From positions 70,111 to 134,110 of the forward strand of contig JBAZZB010000001.1 in assembly GCA_041659045.1 (NCBI GenBank): a stretch of 64,000 bases of DNA, written 5' to 3'. The DNA comes from Patescibacteria group bacterium (GTDB lineage Bacteria > Patescibacteriota > Patescibacteriia > SG8-24 > DYFX01). The notes under the pieces were generated by a model, which was not told the origin of the DNA, ran no database searches, and saw only the letters and a program-made list of their open reading frames with translations. Made by a program: the position numbers and the translations under genes. Each line of letters opens with the position of its first letter. The stretch's first letter is position 1. This document shows, one piece after another, positions 38,969 to 48,827 of this stretch.

Positions 38969-40530
38969 AATCGAAAGGGTTTACGCTTGTTGAGCTGCTC
39001 ATCACGACAACCATCATTGGATTGTTGTCGGTGGCGGGTACGGCGACGTATCAATTTATCCGCGTGAGCGCGCGTGACGCCAGGCGCGTCTCCGATATCC
39101 GCACGATCCGCAACGCGATCGAGCTGTATTTTGAACAGAACGCCTATTACCCCGTCGCGCCGCCGGAGGGAATCGTTCTTGGTTCCGAAAACGGAAAGAT
39201 GATCTCCGACGCCGGTATTACCGCGCGAGGCGGCGAGCGCGGCTTGGTGTATCTGCAAGAAGTGCCGTTCAACGTGTTGCCGCATGGGCTTCCCTATACC
39301 TATCGATCGAAGACGCGTAACGGTGACATTTGCAGTTTCGGCAGGTGCCCGAGTTACGAGGTTGCTTTCGCGGTCGAGGCTCCGGTTGGTTCACTTGCGC
39401 CCGGTCCGCACTTGCTGACCGATGCCGGGATTCTTGGCGAGGAAGGTGGTGTGAGTGGTATCTCGAAGTTTGCGGTCTTCGTGACGTACCTGCCTTCGAA
39501 AGAAGAGCTGGACGCCGCGTTTGGCTCCGTTGAGGAGCTTGCCGCGCTCGCTGCTGAAACCGCGGGTCGTGAAGATGTGCAGGCCGCGAACGAGAAAATT
39601 GTCGTGCCTGTTTCTCTTGTATCGATTCTCGCGAGTATCAGTGCTGCCGTTGCTTCGGCGGTTCCTCTTGGGAACGTCGGTCGGGTCGCCGTCTTTTTCT
39701 TCGCGCAGCCCCTTCTCTATTTTTCGCGCCGCAAACGTGAGCGCTGGGGTGTTGTGTATCATGCCGGAACGAAAGTGCCGATCGATCTCGCGACGGTGCG
39801 TTTGCTTGATATAAAAACCGACCGCGTTGTTTCCACGAAGGTGACCGACAAGGATGGGCGCTTCGCCTTCGCGCCAGAGGCCGGGGAATATCGTTTGGAA
39901 GTCGTGAAGCCGGGATTCGTGTTTCCTGCTGTGTCTCTTCAGGCGGTGAGCGAAGATGGCATGTATACCGATATCTACCACGGCACGCTGCTTCGCGCTG
40001 CGGGTGGAGCGCAGGTGTTGTCGGTAAACGTTCCACTCGATCCGAAAGATGAACCGGCGACGGAGATACGCGAACTTTTGTCAGAGCGAAACAAAAATAC
40101 ATTGCGCACGTCGGCGGCATTGGCTGGTCCGATCCTTGCCACGCTCGCGCTCGTGATTACTCCGTCGCTCAGGATGGTGGCGCTTTTCCTGTTCCAAGCG
40201 CTTCTGTACCAAGTCTTCAAACGGTTCGCCGAACCGCCGCAACCGAGGTCGTATGGCGTGCTTCACGATATCGATACGCGCCAGCCGATCGCGGGTGCCG
40301 TCGTACGCGTCATCTCGCTGCCGTACCATAAAGTGCTTGAAACCCGCCTGACCGACGCACAGGGTCGTTATGCCTTTAACGTCGGGGCCGGGCTCTACTA
40401 TCTCACGGCACTCAAACCCGGCTATGAGAAGACGGAAACTGATCAAATCGACTTCAGCAAGAACGAAAAACCGGCCTGGATCGCTTCCGACCTCCCCATG
40501 CAGAAAAGTCGTCCGAGACTGGATTCATAA
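38965..40530 (+). CDS. prepilin-type N-terminal cleavage/methylation domain protein fused to a long C-terminal region with two carboxypeptidase-regulatory-like domains
   Basis: MKSKGFTLVELLITTTIIGLL (class III signal: G|FTLVE); internal hydrophobic segments; two repeats resembling CarbopepD_reg (VVSTKVTDKDGRFAFAPEAGEYRLEVVKPGF and VLETRLTDAQGRYAFNVGAGLYYLTALKPGY). Confidence 0.65.
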   Translation: MKSKGFTLVELLITTTIIGLLSVAGTATYQFIRVSARDARRVSDIRTIRNAIELYFEQNAYYPVAPPEGIVLGSENGKMISDAGITARGGERGLVYLQEVPFNVLPHGLPYTYRSKTRNGDICSFGRCPSYEVAFAVEAPVGSLAPGPHLLTDAGILGEEGGVSGISKFAVFVTYLPSKEELDAAFGSVEELAALAAETAGREDVQAANEKIVVPVSLVSILASISAAVASAVPLGNVGRVAVFFFAQPLLYFSRRKRERWGVVYHAGTKVPIDLATVRLLDIKTDRVVSTKVTDKDGRFAFAPEAGEYRLEVVKPGFVFPAVSLQAVSEDGMYTDIYHGTLLRAAGGAQVLSVNVPLDPKDEPATEIRELLSERNKNTLRTSAALAGPILATLALVITPSLRMVALFLFQALLYQVFKRFAEPPQPRSYGVLHDIDTRQPIAGAVVRVISLPYHKVLETRLTDAQGRYAFNVGAGLYYLTALKPGYEKTETDQIDFSKNEKPAWIASDLPMQKSRPRLDS

Positions 40531-40554
40531 CGGGTTTTAGGCTAAGATTTCCCC

Positions 40555-41316
40555 ATGACATTCATTTGGATATTGACGGCGAGCGGCCTCTCTGGGCTTA
40601 TTGCCTTATTGCTCGCACTCACGCTGTATAAGGGAAAATTGTGGTCCCACGACCGATCACATGATTTTTTGAGTTTTGCGGCCGGTACACTCCTGACCGT
40701 AGCCTTTCTCGACCTGCTTCCTGAGGCAATCGAAGCTTATGAAGAGGCGGCGGGCGGCCACGCGGTCGACTCCGCGGTCTTGGCGGTTCTTGGTGGGTTC
40801 TTGTTGTTTTTTGTCATCGAAAAACTGCTCTTTTGGTATCACTGCCACGAAGAGCATTGCGACGTACATACGTCTTCGGCGATGGTGCTGATCGGCGACA
40901 CACTGCACAACTTTCTTGATGGCGTCGCGATCGCGGTTGCCTTCCTCGTCAGTCCAGCTGTTGGTGTCGCGACGACGATCGCGGTCTTCCTGCACGAAAT
41001 TCCTCAAGAGGTAGCCGACTTCAGCGTACTTCTGTCGAGCGGCATGGCGCCGCGCCGCGCGATCATCTTCAATATTTTCTCGGCGCTGGCGAGTCTTGGA
41101 GGTGCTGTTCTTGCGTACTTTTTCTCGACGCAGATTGCCGGCGCGCTGCCGGTCTTGATCAGTCTGACGGCTGGTGGATTTATTTACGTCGCCGCTGCTG
41201 ACCTTATTCCAGAAATTCACAAGGAACGACGCCGTTCGATGATGGTGCGCCAGTTTACGATTTTCCTCGCGGGTTGCGCGATTATTTTCGCAATGACGCG
41301 TCTTATTGCACACTGA
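40555..41316 (+). CDS. ZIP family metal transporter (ZupT-like)
   Basis: Multi-TM protein; HNFLDGVAIAVAF and HEIPQEVADFSVLL metal-binding helices. Confidence 0.8.
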   Translation: MTFIWILTASGLSGLIALLLALTLYKGKLWSHDRSHDFLSFAAGTLLTVAFLDLLPEAIEAYEEAAGGHAVDSAVLAVLGGFLLFFVIEKLLFWYHCHEEHCDVHTSSAMVLIGDTLHNFLDGVAIAVAFLVSPAVGVATTIAVFLHEIPQEVADFSVLLSSGMAPRRAIIFNIFSALASLGGAVLAYFFSTQIAGALPVLISLTAGGFIYVAAADLIPEIHKERRRSMMVRQFTIFLAGCAIIFAMTRLIAH

Positions 41317-41897
41317 TGAGCTACGACGTTCAAATCTTCCGCGCATTGAATGGACTGGCTGGACGCGACGTAACCGTCGACGCTGTTTTTATTTTCGGCG
41401 CGAAGTGGCTGATTGTCGTCATGGCGGCGCTCATCGTTGCGTACGTCGCCTGCGCCTGGAAGACGTTGGAATTCGAAAACCGCGTCGAGCATGCTTGGCA
41501 TGTAGCTGTCGGGTTCGTCTTGGCGTTCGCGACCGAGAGGGTGATTGGATTTCTCTGGTTCCGTCCGCGGCCGTTTGTTGCATTACCGGACGTGGTGAAG
41601 CTCATCGAAAAGTCCGCCGCGGAGAAATCGTTTCCGTCAGGCCACGCGACTGCTTCGTTTGTTTTGGCATTCGGTCTTCTGTTGCACAATCGAAAATGGG
41701 GCGCCGCGCTGTGCGTCTTGGCGGTGGGGGTGAGCCTCTCGCGTGTGTTTGTCGGCGTGCATTATCCGTCAGATCTCCTCGCAGGCGTCGTTGTGGCGTA
41801 TGTCGCGGCACTCGTGACGCGCCCGGTCGCCAAGGCTATCGAGCCGTATCTCGAATTTCTTCCAGTTTTCCGCAAGTATAAAAAACGCGACGCATGA
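41316..41897 (+). CDS. PAP2 family phosphatase (undecaprenyl-diphosphatase-like)
   Basis: KSFPSGHATASF ... SRVFVGVHYPSDLLAG (PAP2 motifs KxxxxxxRP / PSGH / SRxxxxxHxxxD). Confidence 0.75.
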   Translation: MSYDVQIFRALNGLAGRDVTVDAVFIFGAKWLIVVMAALIVAYVACAWKTLEFENRVEHAWHVAVGFVLAFATERVIGFLWFRPRPFVALPDVVKLIEKSAAEKSFPSGHATASFVLAFGLLLHNRKWGAALCVLAVGVSLSRVFVGVHYPSDLLAGVVVAYVAALVTRPVAKAIEPYLEFLPVFRKYKKRDA

Positions 41898-42985
41898 GCC
41901 TCTACGCCATTCTTCTGGCGGGCGGTAGCGGTACGCGCCTCTGGCCAGTCTCGCGGAGAAACACGCCGAAACAACTTCAACCGATTCTTGGAACGGATAC
42001 GCTTTTGCGTTCCACTTGGAAGCGGCTTCGCGCGGGTTTGCCGGCTTCGCGTATTTTGGTTGTCACGAACGCCGCGCAGGCGGAATTGATCCGTAAGGAT
42101 CTGCCCGAGTTGCCGTCGATGAACTTGCTTGTTGAACCGATGAAGCGCGATACGGCGGCCGCGATCGGCTTTGGTACGGCTGTCGTCTTGTCGCGCGATT
42201 CGCGAGCGACGATCGCGACGATCAACTCCGACGCGTACGTCAAAAACGAAAAAGAATATTGGCGCGTGATTCGCCTGACCGAGAAAGCCGCCCGCAAGTC
42301 TGGAAAAATCGCGCTGGTCGGCGTGAGGCCGTCGTATCCCGAGACGGGGTATGGCTACATCAAAATGGGATCACAAGCGATGCGTTTCAAGCGCCATGGC
42401 GGATATGATGAGGTTTTTGATGTCGAAGGTTTTCGTGAAAAGCCCGACCTGGCGACGGCAGAGAAGTATGTTTCGCAGTGGGAGTATCTTTGGAACCCTA
42501 CGTTGATCGTCGCCGACGCAAAAACACTCATGAACGCGTTTAAGGCGCATCTTCCGAAAACATGGAAACTCTTGGAACAGATTCGCTCCGCGTCCGGCAC
42601 GGCACGTTTTGAAAAAACGCTGGTGAGGGCTTTTGAGCGCATTGTGCCAATTTCAATCGACTATGGCGTCCTCGAAAAAGAGAAAAAAATGGTCGTCGTT
42701 CCCGCCGATTTCGGCTGGGCGGACGTCGGCCATTGGCGCGCGGTGCATGATGTCCTCTCCGGTAAGCCGGAAGCCAATGTCGTGCGTGGCACGCACATCA
42801 GCCATGATTCGAGCGGTAACTTGCTGTACAGCTTCACCGGAAAATTGATCGCGACCGCAGGACTCAAGGACATGATCGTCCTTGAAACAGAAGACGTCGT
42901 GCTCGTGTGTCCGAAGAATCGCGCACAAGACGTCAAAAAAATCGTTGAGGCGCTCGAGAAGAAAAAAATGAAAAAATACCTCTGA
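41894..42985 (+). CDS. mannose-1-phosphate guanylyltransferase-like NTP-transferase
   Basis: MSLYAILLAGGSGTRLWPVSRRNTPKQLQ. Confidence 0.75.
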   Translation: MSLYAILLAGGSGTRLWPVSRRNTPKQLQPILGTDTLLRSTWKRLRAGLPASRILVVTNAAQAELIRKDLPELPSMNLLVEPMKRDTAAAIGFGTAVVLSRDSRATIATINSDAYVKNEKEYWRVIRLTEKAARKSGKIALVGVRPSYPETGYGYIKMGSQAMRFKRHGGYDEVFDVEGFREKPDLATAEKYVSQWEYLWNPTLIVADAKTLMNAFKAHLPKTWKLLEQIRSASGTARFEKTLVRAFERIVPISIDYGVLEKEKKMVVVPADFGWADVGHWRAVHDVLSGKPEANVVRGTHISHDSSGNLLYSFTGKLIATAGLKDMIVLETEDVVLVCPKNRAQDVKKIVEALEKKKMKKYL

Positions 42986-42986
42986 T

Positions 42987-43547
42987 ATGGAAATCAAACC
43001 TTGGAAAATTCTCGATTCAAAAACCGCGTTTAACAACCGTTTCTGGAACATCATGCAGGAGACGGTCGAGTTGCCAGATGGCAGCGTCTATTCGGAATAC
43101 TACGTGAATGACAGGCCGGGAGCCTCGCAAGTGTTTGCTCTCACTACAGAAGGCAAAGTCATCATGAATCGACAGTATAAGCACGGCTCTCGGGAAATCG
43201 TGACGGAGTTCGCGATCGGCGGCATCGAAGAGAGCGAAGAACCGCTTGCGGCCGCGCAGCGCGAGTTGATGGAAGAGACGGGGTACGGAGCAGGCGACTG
43301 GGAACCCCTCGGCGCTCACGCGGCCAACGCCTCTTTTTCGCGCTCGGTCTTCCATGCGTTTCTTGCGCGTAACGTTCAAAAGTTTGAGGAGCCGTCTTCT
43401 AATCCGCGCGAACTCATTGATACGTTCTTGGTGGATCCGAAAGAGCTGCCGGGCATGATTGTGCGCGGAGAGATAACGTCGCTCGCCTCGATCTCGTTGG
43501 CGTTTCTCGCGCTGTCAAAACTCGGACTCCTTGAAGTAAAAGCATGA
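42987..43547 (+). CDS. NUDIX hydrolase
   Basis: Nudix box GGIEESEEPLAAAQRELMEETGY. Confidence 0.75.
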   Translation: MEIKPWKILDSKTAFNNRFWNIMQETVELPDGSVYSEYYVNDRPGASQVFALTTEGKVIMNRQYKHGSREIVTEFAIGGIEESEEPLAAAQRELMEETGYGAGDWEPLGAHAANASFSRSVFHAFLARNVQKFEEPSSNPRELIDTFLVDPKELPGMIVRGEITSLASISLAFLALSKLGLLEVKA

Positions 43548-44569
43548 AAACGTTTTTCGCCGCGATCATCGTCGTGATTGCGCTCGGCGGCGCGGTGTTT
43601 TTACGTTCTGATCGCCCCGTGTCGAAAGAAACGAAGAGTGTTGTCTATGTCGTGAATCCTGGTGACGGCGCACGCGTGATCGCGCAAGGCCTCGAAAAAG
43701 CCAAGCTGATCCGCAGCGAAAAGTATTTTCTGTTCATTGTGTGGCGGCGCGGTAACCAGGCAAAATTCGCTTCGGGCGCTTTTGAGCTGTCACCTTCGAT
43801 GACAACCGGCGAGATCGAAACAATGCTCGCGGGTGGAAAACCGATCTCAAACGAGCGTAATGTGACGGTTCTCGAAGGTTGGACGCTTGACGACGTTGCC
43901 GAGTATTTGGAAAAAGAAGGCGTCGCCTCGCAAAAAGAGTTTTACGCCGAAGTGGGGGAGAGCGCGAAATTTGCGAAAGCAGGCGAACTTCCGGATTGGG
44001 AGGCGTCGTATCCCGCGTTGAAAGGACTTCCTGAAACCTCTTCACTCGAAGGATATTTGTTTCCGGATACCTACCGCATCTACGCCGACGGCGGGGCGAA
44101 AGCCCTCGTACGCCGCATGCTCGATAATTTTGAAACGAAGTTGACGCCTGAGCTACGCAAGGAAATCGCGTCTTCGGGACGTTCGATTCGCGACATTGTC
44201 ATCATGGCTTCAGTAATTGAGCGCGAAGTGCGCGGTGCCGAGGATAGTGCGATGGTTTCCGATGTCTTTTGGAAACGCGTCGACGCGGGGAAAGGACTCG
44301 AGGCGGATTCGACCGTCAATTATATTACTGGCCACTCGAAGCCGTCCGTCAGTTGGGACGAAACGCGCATCGATCATCCGTGGAACACCTACAAATATCG
44401 CGGGTTGCCCGCTGGGCCGATCGGGAACCCCGGCATGACAGCGATTCTCGCGGCGATTCGTCCCAAGAGTAATCCGTACTGGTATTTCCTGACCGACAAA
44501 GAGGGGAAAGTCCACTATGGAAAAACGCTCGACGAGCATAACGCCAACAAAGCGAAATACCTCCGTTAA
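43544..44569 (+). CDS. mltG: endolytic murein transglycosylase MltG (YceG-like)
   Basis: N-terminal TM anchor, then the YceG pattern (LEGYLFPDTY, GLPAGPIGNPG). Confidence 0.8.
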   Translation: MKTFFAAIIVVIALGGAVFLRSDRPVSKETKSVVYVVNPGDGARVIAQGLEKAKLIRSEKYFLFIVWRRGNQAKFASGAFELSPSMTTGEIETMLAGGKPISNERNVTVLEGWTLDDVAEYLEKEGVASQKEFYAEVGESAKFAKAGELPDWEASYPALKGLPETSSLEGYLFPDTYRIYADGGAKALVRRMLDNFETKLTPELRKEIASSGRSIRDIVIMASVIEREVRGAEDSAMVSDVFWKRVDAGKGLEADSTVNYITGHSKPSVSWDETRIDHPWNTYKYRGLPAGPIGNPGMTAILAAIRPKSNPYWYFLTDKEGKVHYGKTLDEHNANKAKYLR

Positions 44570-44570
44570 T

Positions 44571-46229
44571 ATGAAACGACTCCTTGCTGCACTCGCGCTT
44601 TCGATTGGTCTTCTTGCGCCGCAGGCACCCGCATTTGGACAAGCGGTTTGGAGTGTTGAGGAGTTTCATTCCGACGTGACGGTGCGTGAGGACGGGTCGC
44701 TCGAAGTGCGCGAAAGAATCAAGGCGGATTTTTTGACCGAACGTCACGGCATCTATCGGTACGTTCCGTATCAAGGCACGAACGATCAAGGAAAGGCCTA
44801 TCGGTTGCGCGTTGATTTGGTGAGTGTGCAGCGCGATGGTTTGGCGGAGGACGTGTCGACGTCGAAAGAAAACGGCAACATCATTTGGAAAATCGGCGAT
44901 GCAAATCGCACGATGGACGGCACGCACGTGTACGATATGACGTACCGCGTTGAAAACGCGATCGGACGCTTCGACGGATTTGATGAAATCTATTGGAACG
45001 TGACGGGTACGGGTTGGGATACATCTTTACCGGTCGTTACAGCGCGCGTATCTCTTCCGGAGGGTGTCAATGCGACGCAGAGCCGGTGCTACACGGGTGC
45101 CTACGGTTCAACTGCGGAGGATTGCACGATCAGCGAGAACGGTTCGGTTCTTGAGTTCTCTTCCATTCGTCCGAATGAATCCATGACGGTTGCTGTTGGG
45201 TTTCCGAAGGGTGTTGTAGCCGCGCCACCGCTTTGGAAGCGCGTGTTGTGGGCGATCATTCAGTACGGACCTTGGTTTCTGCCGCTTTTGGTATTCGCCT
45301 TCGCCTATCGTTATTGGAGAAAGCATGGAGACGACGCGCCGCTCGGTACGATCGTTACGCAGTACGAGCCGCCGACAGGTCTCACGCCGGCAGAAACACG
45401 GGCACTCCTCACCCAAAGCGCGCATGCGAAGGATCTTACTTCGACGATCGTTGATTTGGCTTCGCGCGGCTACCTGATCATCGAGGAAACGGAGAAGAAA
45501 GGTCTCTTACGCGCAACAAAAGAATATGCGTTTGTTTCAGCAAAAGATTTTAGAACAGACGCTTCACTGCGAGCGTTCGAGCTTCGTCTACTTGCCGGTT
45601 TATTCACGGGTGTCGTCGGTGAAAAAGTTGAACTGTCTTCGTTGAAGAATACGTTTCACACGAAGGTTCAAGCTTTTACGAAAGGGGTTGCAACCTCGCT
45701 CACGGAGCGTGGACTTTTCGTAAAAGATCCGGGTCACGTACGTGGTGTGTGGATGGGCATCGGCGGCGCCTTTGTCGTCGTCGGTTTCGCGCTTGTGGCG
45801 TTCGCTGCGCCGCTCATCGTAAGCGGCGCTATCCTCATGCTCTTCGGTTGGTTCATGCCGAAATGGTCGCCAAGCGGTCTTGAGGCCGCTCGGCACGCGA
45901 GCGGCTACAAAGAATTTATTTCCAAGGTCGAAAAATATCGCGCGCCTTGGATGGAAGATCAGAACATCTTTTTCCGCGCGCTGCCGTACGCGATCGCCTT
46001 CGGACTCGGCGCGAAGTGGGCAAAAGCCTTCGCGCATCTCCAGATGCAGCCACCGAACTGGTATCACGGCGCCAACATGGCCGCCTGGTCTACCGTTGAT
46101 TTCGAAAAAAACATGCAAAGCTGGTCCTCCTCCATGATGGCTGCCGCCATGCCATCCTCGCGCTCCGGTTCCGGCGGCGGGGGATTCTCCGGCGGCGGTT
46201 TTGGCGGAGGCGGAGGCGGCTCGTGGTAA
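44571..46229 (+). CDS. DUF2207 domain membrane protein
   Basis: Signal peptide, then WSVEEFHSDVTVREDGSLEVRERIKADF...HGIYRYVP, TM helices, Gly-rich tail SGSGGGGFSGGGFGGGGGGSW. Confidence 0.65.
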   Translation: MKRLLAALALSIGLLAPQAPAFGQAVWSVEEFHSDVTVREDGSLEVRERIKADFLTERHGIYRYVPYQGTNDQGKAYRLRVDLVSVQRDGLAEDVSTSKENGNIIWKIGDANRTMDGTHVYDMTYRVENAIGRFDGFDEIYWNVTGTGWDTSLPVVTARVSLPEGVNATQSRCYTGAYGSTAEDCTISENGSVLEFSSIRPNESMTVAVGFPKGVVAAPPLWKRVLWAIIQYGPWFLPLLVFAFAYRYWRKHGDDAPLGTIVTQYEPPTGLTPAETRALLTQSAHAKDLTSTIVDLASRGYLIIEETEKKGLLRATKEYAFVSAKDFRTDASLRAFELRLLAGLFTGVVGEKVELSSLKNTFHTKVQAFTKGVATSLTERGLFVKDPGHVRGVWMGIGGAFVVVGFALVAFAAPLIVSGAILMLFGWFMPKWSPSGLEAARHASGYKEFISKVEKYRAPWMEDQNIFFRALPYAIAFGLGAKWAKAFAHLQMQPPNWYHGANMAAWSTVDFEKNMQSWSSSMMAAAMPSSRSGSGGGGFSGGGFGGGGGGSW

Positions 46230-46239
46230 GATACGTGCC

Positions 46240-46929
46240 ATGACAAGTGTCACTGAATTTGCGCCGCCAGAAGACCTCTTTCCGCACGAAGCGCCGTTTC
46301 TTTTGGCTGAAAAAGAGGATGATGCGTTCCAGCGTGCGATGGCGACCGCTCTTCTTGAACTCGCCGACGAGGGGCTCATGACCTATGACGCCGTGCTGAA
46401 GCGCCCCGTCGTTCGGCTGTCACCCGACAGGTCTACGCCGTTCTTTCGGAAGATCGCCGAGATCTACCCTCCCGGCAAGCAGCATTTCGTTTGGATGCTG
46501 GGTATCGAGAAACACGCTACGGCCCGCCTGCGTCAAAAAGGATGGTTGTCCAAGGGGACACAGCGTACGCCCGCGGGCGAAGAGGCGTGCCGCAAACTCC
46601 TCGGATACCGCGAATACCTTCGTAAGGCGATGATGGATCGCGTGCATTTCGATGTGATCGAAGGTCGCGTCGGAAGAGATGCACTATTTGCGGCAGGTCT
46701 CGGCGTTATCAGCGTACCGAACGTCTTCCGCGCAGCGTTCGTGCGGAGCGGTAACCCGGTTGAGGGTTCCCTCGCGAGTTTTCATAATTTTTTCGGAGGA
46801 CGTCCTGAGGTGCAGCACGCGATATCGATACAGAGTTCTCGGAAAGGGCGCGGCTGCGCCATCGCGTTCATGCTCGTGTGGGCAGCTGTCGTCGCAACGA
46901 TGATATTCGTCTTTTTCCAGCGACAATGA
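46240..46929 (+). CDS. hypothetical protein with C-terminal TM helix
   Basis: 229-aa ORF immediately after DUF2207; stop overlaps the start of corC. Confidence 0.4.
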   Translation: MTSVTEFAPPEDLFPHEAPFLLAEKEDDAFQRAMATALLELADEGLMTYDAVLKRPVVRLSPDRSTPFFRKIAEIYPPGKQHFVWMLGIEKHATARLRQKGWLSKGTQRTPAGEEACRKLLGYREYLRKAMMDRVHFDVIEGRVGRDALFAAGLGVISVPNVFRAAFVRSGNPVEGSLASFHNFFGGRPEVQHAISIQSSRKGRGCAIAFMLVWAAVVATMIFVFFQRQ

Positions 46930-48143
46930 TCACACTTTTTCTCGTCGCCTTGCTCGTCTTTCTCGTCTCCGCGCTCGCTTCGTTGGCAGAGACGGCGTTT
47001 TATTCGATTTCGTATTCGAAAGCGCTGACGATGGCGAAAGCGAAGCGTCCGGGTGCCAAAGCGCTCGTGCGCATCAAGGACGATATTTCAAGAGTGATCA
47101 GCGCGATCGTCATCATCGACAACATCGCCGATATCGTCGGTTCGGCCGCGGTCGGTGTACTCGCCTCACGTGTCTTCGCCTCTTGGACGCTCGGTATCTT
47201 TTTTGCCGCGTTTACGCTTGTTGCTATCGTTGCGGCAAAAATCATTCCGAAGAACATCGGTGAGTCGCACGCGGCAGTCGTCGCGCCGTTTCTCGCTCCC
47301 GGCACGCTCGTCGTTGTACGAGTGTTTCGTCCTATCTTGTGGTTGATCGAGCGCGTCGTCGCGCCGTTTCGTTCTTCAAAAAGCGCGCACGGCGTGAGCG
47401 AAGATGAAATCAAGATTATGGCGCAAATGGGTCACGCGGAAGGTAGTCTCGAGGCCGACGAGTCTCGCATGATCCGCCGTGTCTTTCGTCTCAATGACAT
47501 TACGGCCGACGACATGATGACGCCCGCGGTGCACGTGGAAACGATTCCCGGGTTTACGCCGCTTGGAGAACAGAGAAAGAAAATTCTGGATCTACGCCAT
47601 TCGCGCGTGCCCATACTCGGTGAAGATGGAGAGCAAGTCGTTGGCGTGACGTTGACGCGCGATTTGATTTCAGCGATCGCGCGCGATGAATTTCAAGCCA
47701 CGCCTTCCGATTTTTTACAAGAAGCACTCAGAACGCGCAACGACACGCCGGCCGACGATCTTCTGCCGCTCTTCCAGCAGCGCGAGCAGCATTTAGCGAT
47801 TGTCGAAGACACGGAAGGTCGCATGGTTGGTGTCGTCACGCTTGAAGACGTGCTCGAAGAATTGGTCGGTGAAATTACCGACGAAAAGGACGTGCGTCCG
47901 GAAACCATCAAGCGTGTTTCGAAAACGGAGATTTTAGCCGACGAAGGTACGGATATCGCGAAGATCAACCACTTTTTCAATACTGCGATCGAGTTCAACG
48001 GCACACTTGGCGACTATCTGATGGAAAAGTTTGGCCGCCTGCCGCGCGTCGGAGACTCCCTTGACGAAAGCGCCCTAACCTTCGTAATCTCTTCGATGTC
48101 ACGCACGCGACCAAAACACGTTTCCGTCCGCAAGCGCGGATAG
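46926..48143 (+). CDS. CNNM/CorC-HlyC family transporter (DUF21 + CBS pair + CorC_HlyC)
   Basis: N-terminal DUF21 TM domain (LAETAFYSIS...), CBS-pair region, C-terminal transporter-associated domain. Confidence 0.8.
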   Translation: MITLFLVALLVFLVSALASLAETAFYSISYSKALTMAKAKRPGAKALVRIKDDISRVISAIVIIDNIADIVGSAAVGVLASRVFASWTLGIFFAAFTLVAIVAAKIIPKNIGESHAAVVAPFLAPGTLVVVRVFRPILWLIERVVAPFRSSKSAHGVSEDEIKIMAQMGHAEGSLEADESRMIRRVFRLNDITADDMMTPAVHVETIPGFTPLGEQRKKILDLRHSRVPILGEDGEQVVGVTLTRDLISAIARDEFQATPSDFLQEALRTRNDTPADDLLPLFQQREQHLAIVEDTEGRMVGVVTLEDVLEELVGEITDEKDVRPETIKRVSKTEILADEGTDIAKINHFFNTAIEFNGTLGDYLMEKFGRLPRVGDSLDESALTFVISSMSRTRPKHVSVRKRG

Positions 48144-48159
48144 ACAGAAGGAGCATCGG

Positions 48160-48450
48160 ATGTCAGACAAAAAGCTCGATCCTGGAGAGTGGTTCCGCTT
48201 CCTCTTGGAGGAAAAAGAACCCGCCGATGACCCGGATCACTTCGCAGAGCTGGTCGAGGCGTACAGACGTGTGCACACAAGTAGTTCCTTGGTCACGAAG
48301 GTGCTTGGCAACGTCGGCGTGTCCGGAAACTTCCACGATCTACGCCAACTTGTTGATCGTTGGGCAGATGGAGCGGTTATGCCGACTCCGGGGCTGCGTC
48401 GCAAGATCGTTGCGGAGCTGCGGAATCAATTCTCGGCCAAGGGAGGATAG
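48160..48450 (+). CDS. small hypothetical protein (96 aa)
   Basis: AAGGAG RBS; acidic N-terminus; 2-nt gap to the next ORF. Confidence 0.4.
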   Translation: MSDKKLDPGEWFRFLLEEKEPADDPDHFAELVEAYRRVHTSSSLVTKVLGNVGVSGNFHDLRQLVDRWADGAVMPTPGLRRKIVAELRNQFSAKGG

Positions 48451-48452
48451 CA

Positions 48453-48737
48453 ATGGATGACTCCGTTCGCCGCGCGATGAAAGAGAAGTTGCTCGAAGAC
48501 GCGCGCGCTTGGAACACGGACAGTAGCGACCGCAGTTTCATGGACATTCTGCGGAACGCTATCGACCTTGATCCGAGCTATGTCGACAAGTTCGACGGCT
48601 CTCTCGGCATTGATAGCGATGAGCTGCGTGAATGGTGTGCCGGACGCTCGCTGCCCGAGACGTTCTCGCGCTGGGTGATCATAGATGATTTGAAGAAACT
48701 GCTCGAAGCCGATCTCAGCCAAACGACAGAGGCGTAA
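48453..48737 (+). CDS. small hypothetical protein (94 aa)
   Basis: GGGAGG RBS then ATG (MDDSVRRAMKEK...); terminator overlaps its stop. Confidence 0.4.
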   Translation: MDDSVRRAMKEKLLEDARAWNTDSSDRSFMDILRNAIDLDPSYVDKFDGSLGIDSDELREWCAGRSLPETFSRWVIIDDLKKLLEADLSQTTEA

Positions 48738-48752
48738 CCTCTGTTTTTTCTT
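48726..48752 (+). terminator. intrinsic terminator
   Basis: acagagg-cgtaa-cctctgt hairpin (TAA stop in the loop) followed by tttttctt. Confidence 0.7.
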
Positions 48753-48827
48753 ATCACAAGGCGCCGTTGACGGTCGTTGTATTTCGCGGTACACCTGTTC
48801 GCGTCACGAACGTTCATTGGAGGATAC

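Noticed and set aside
48160-48737. Type II toxin-antitoxin pair
   Set aside because: Two small adjacent ORFs fit the size profile, but neither shows a recognisable toxin fold or antitoxin DNA-binding motif by eye, so it is left as hypothetical.
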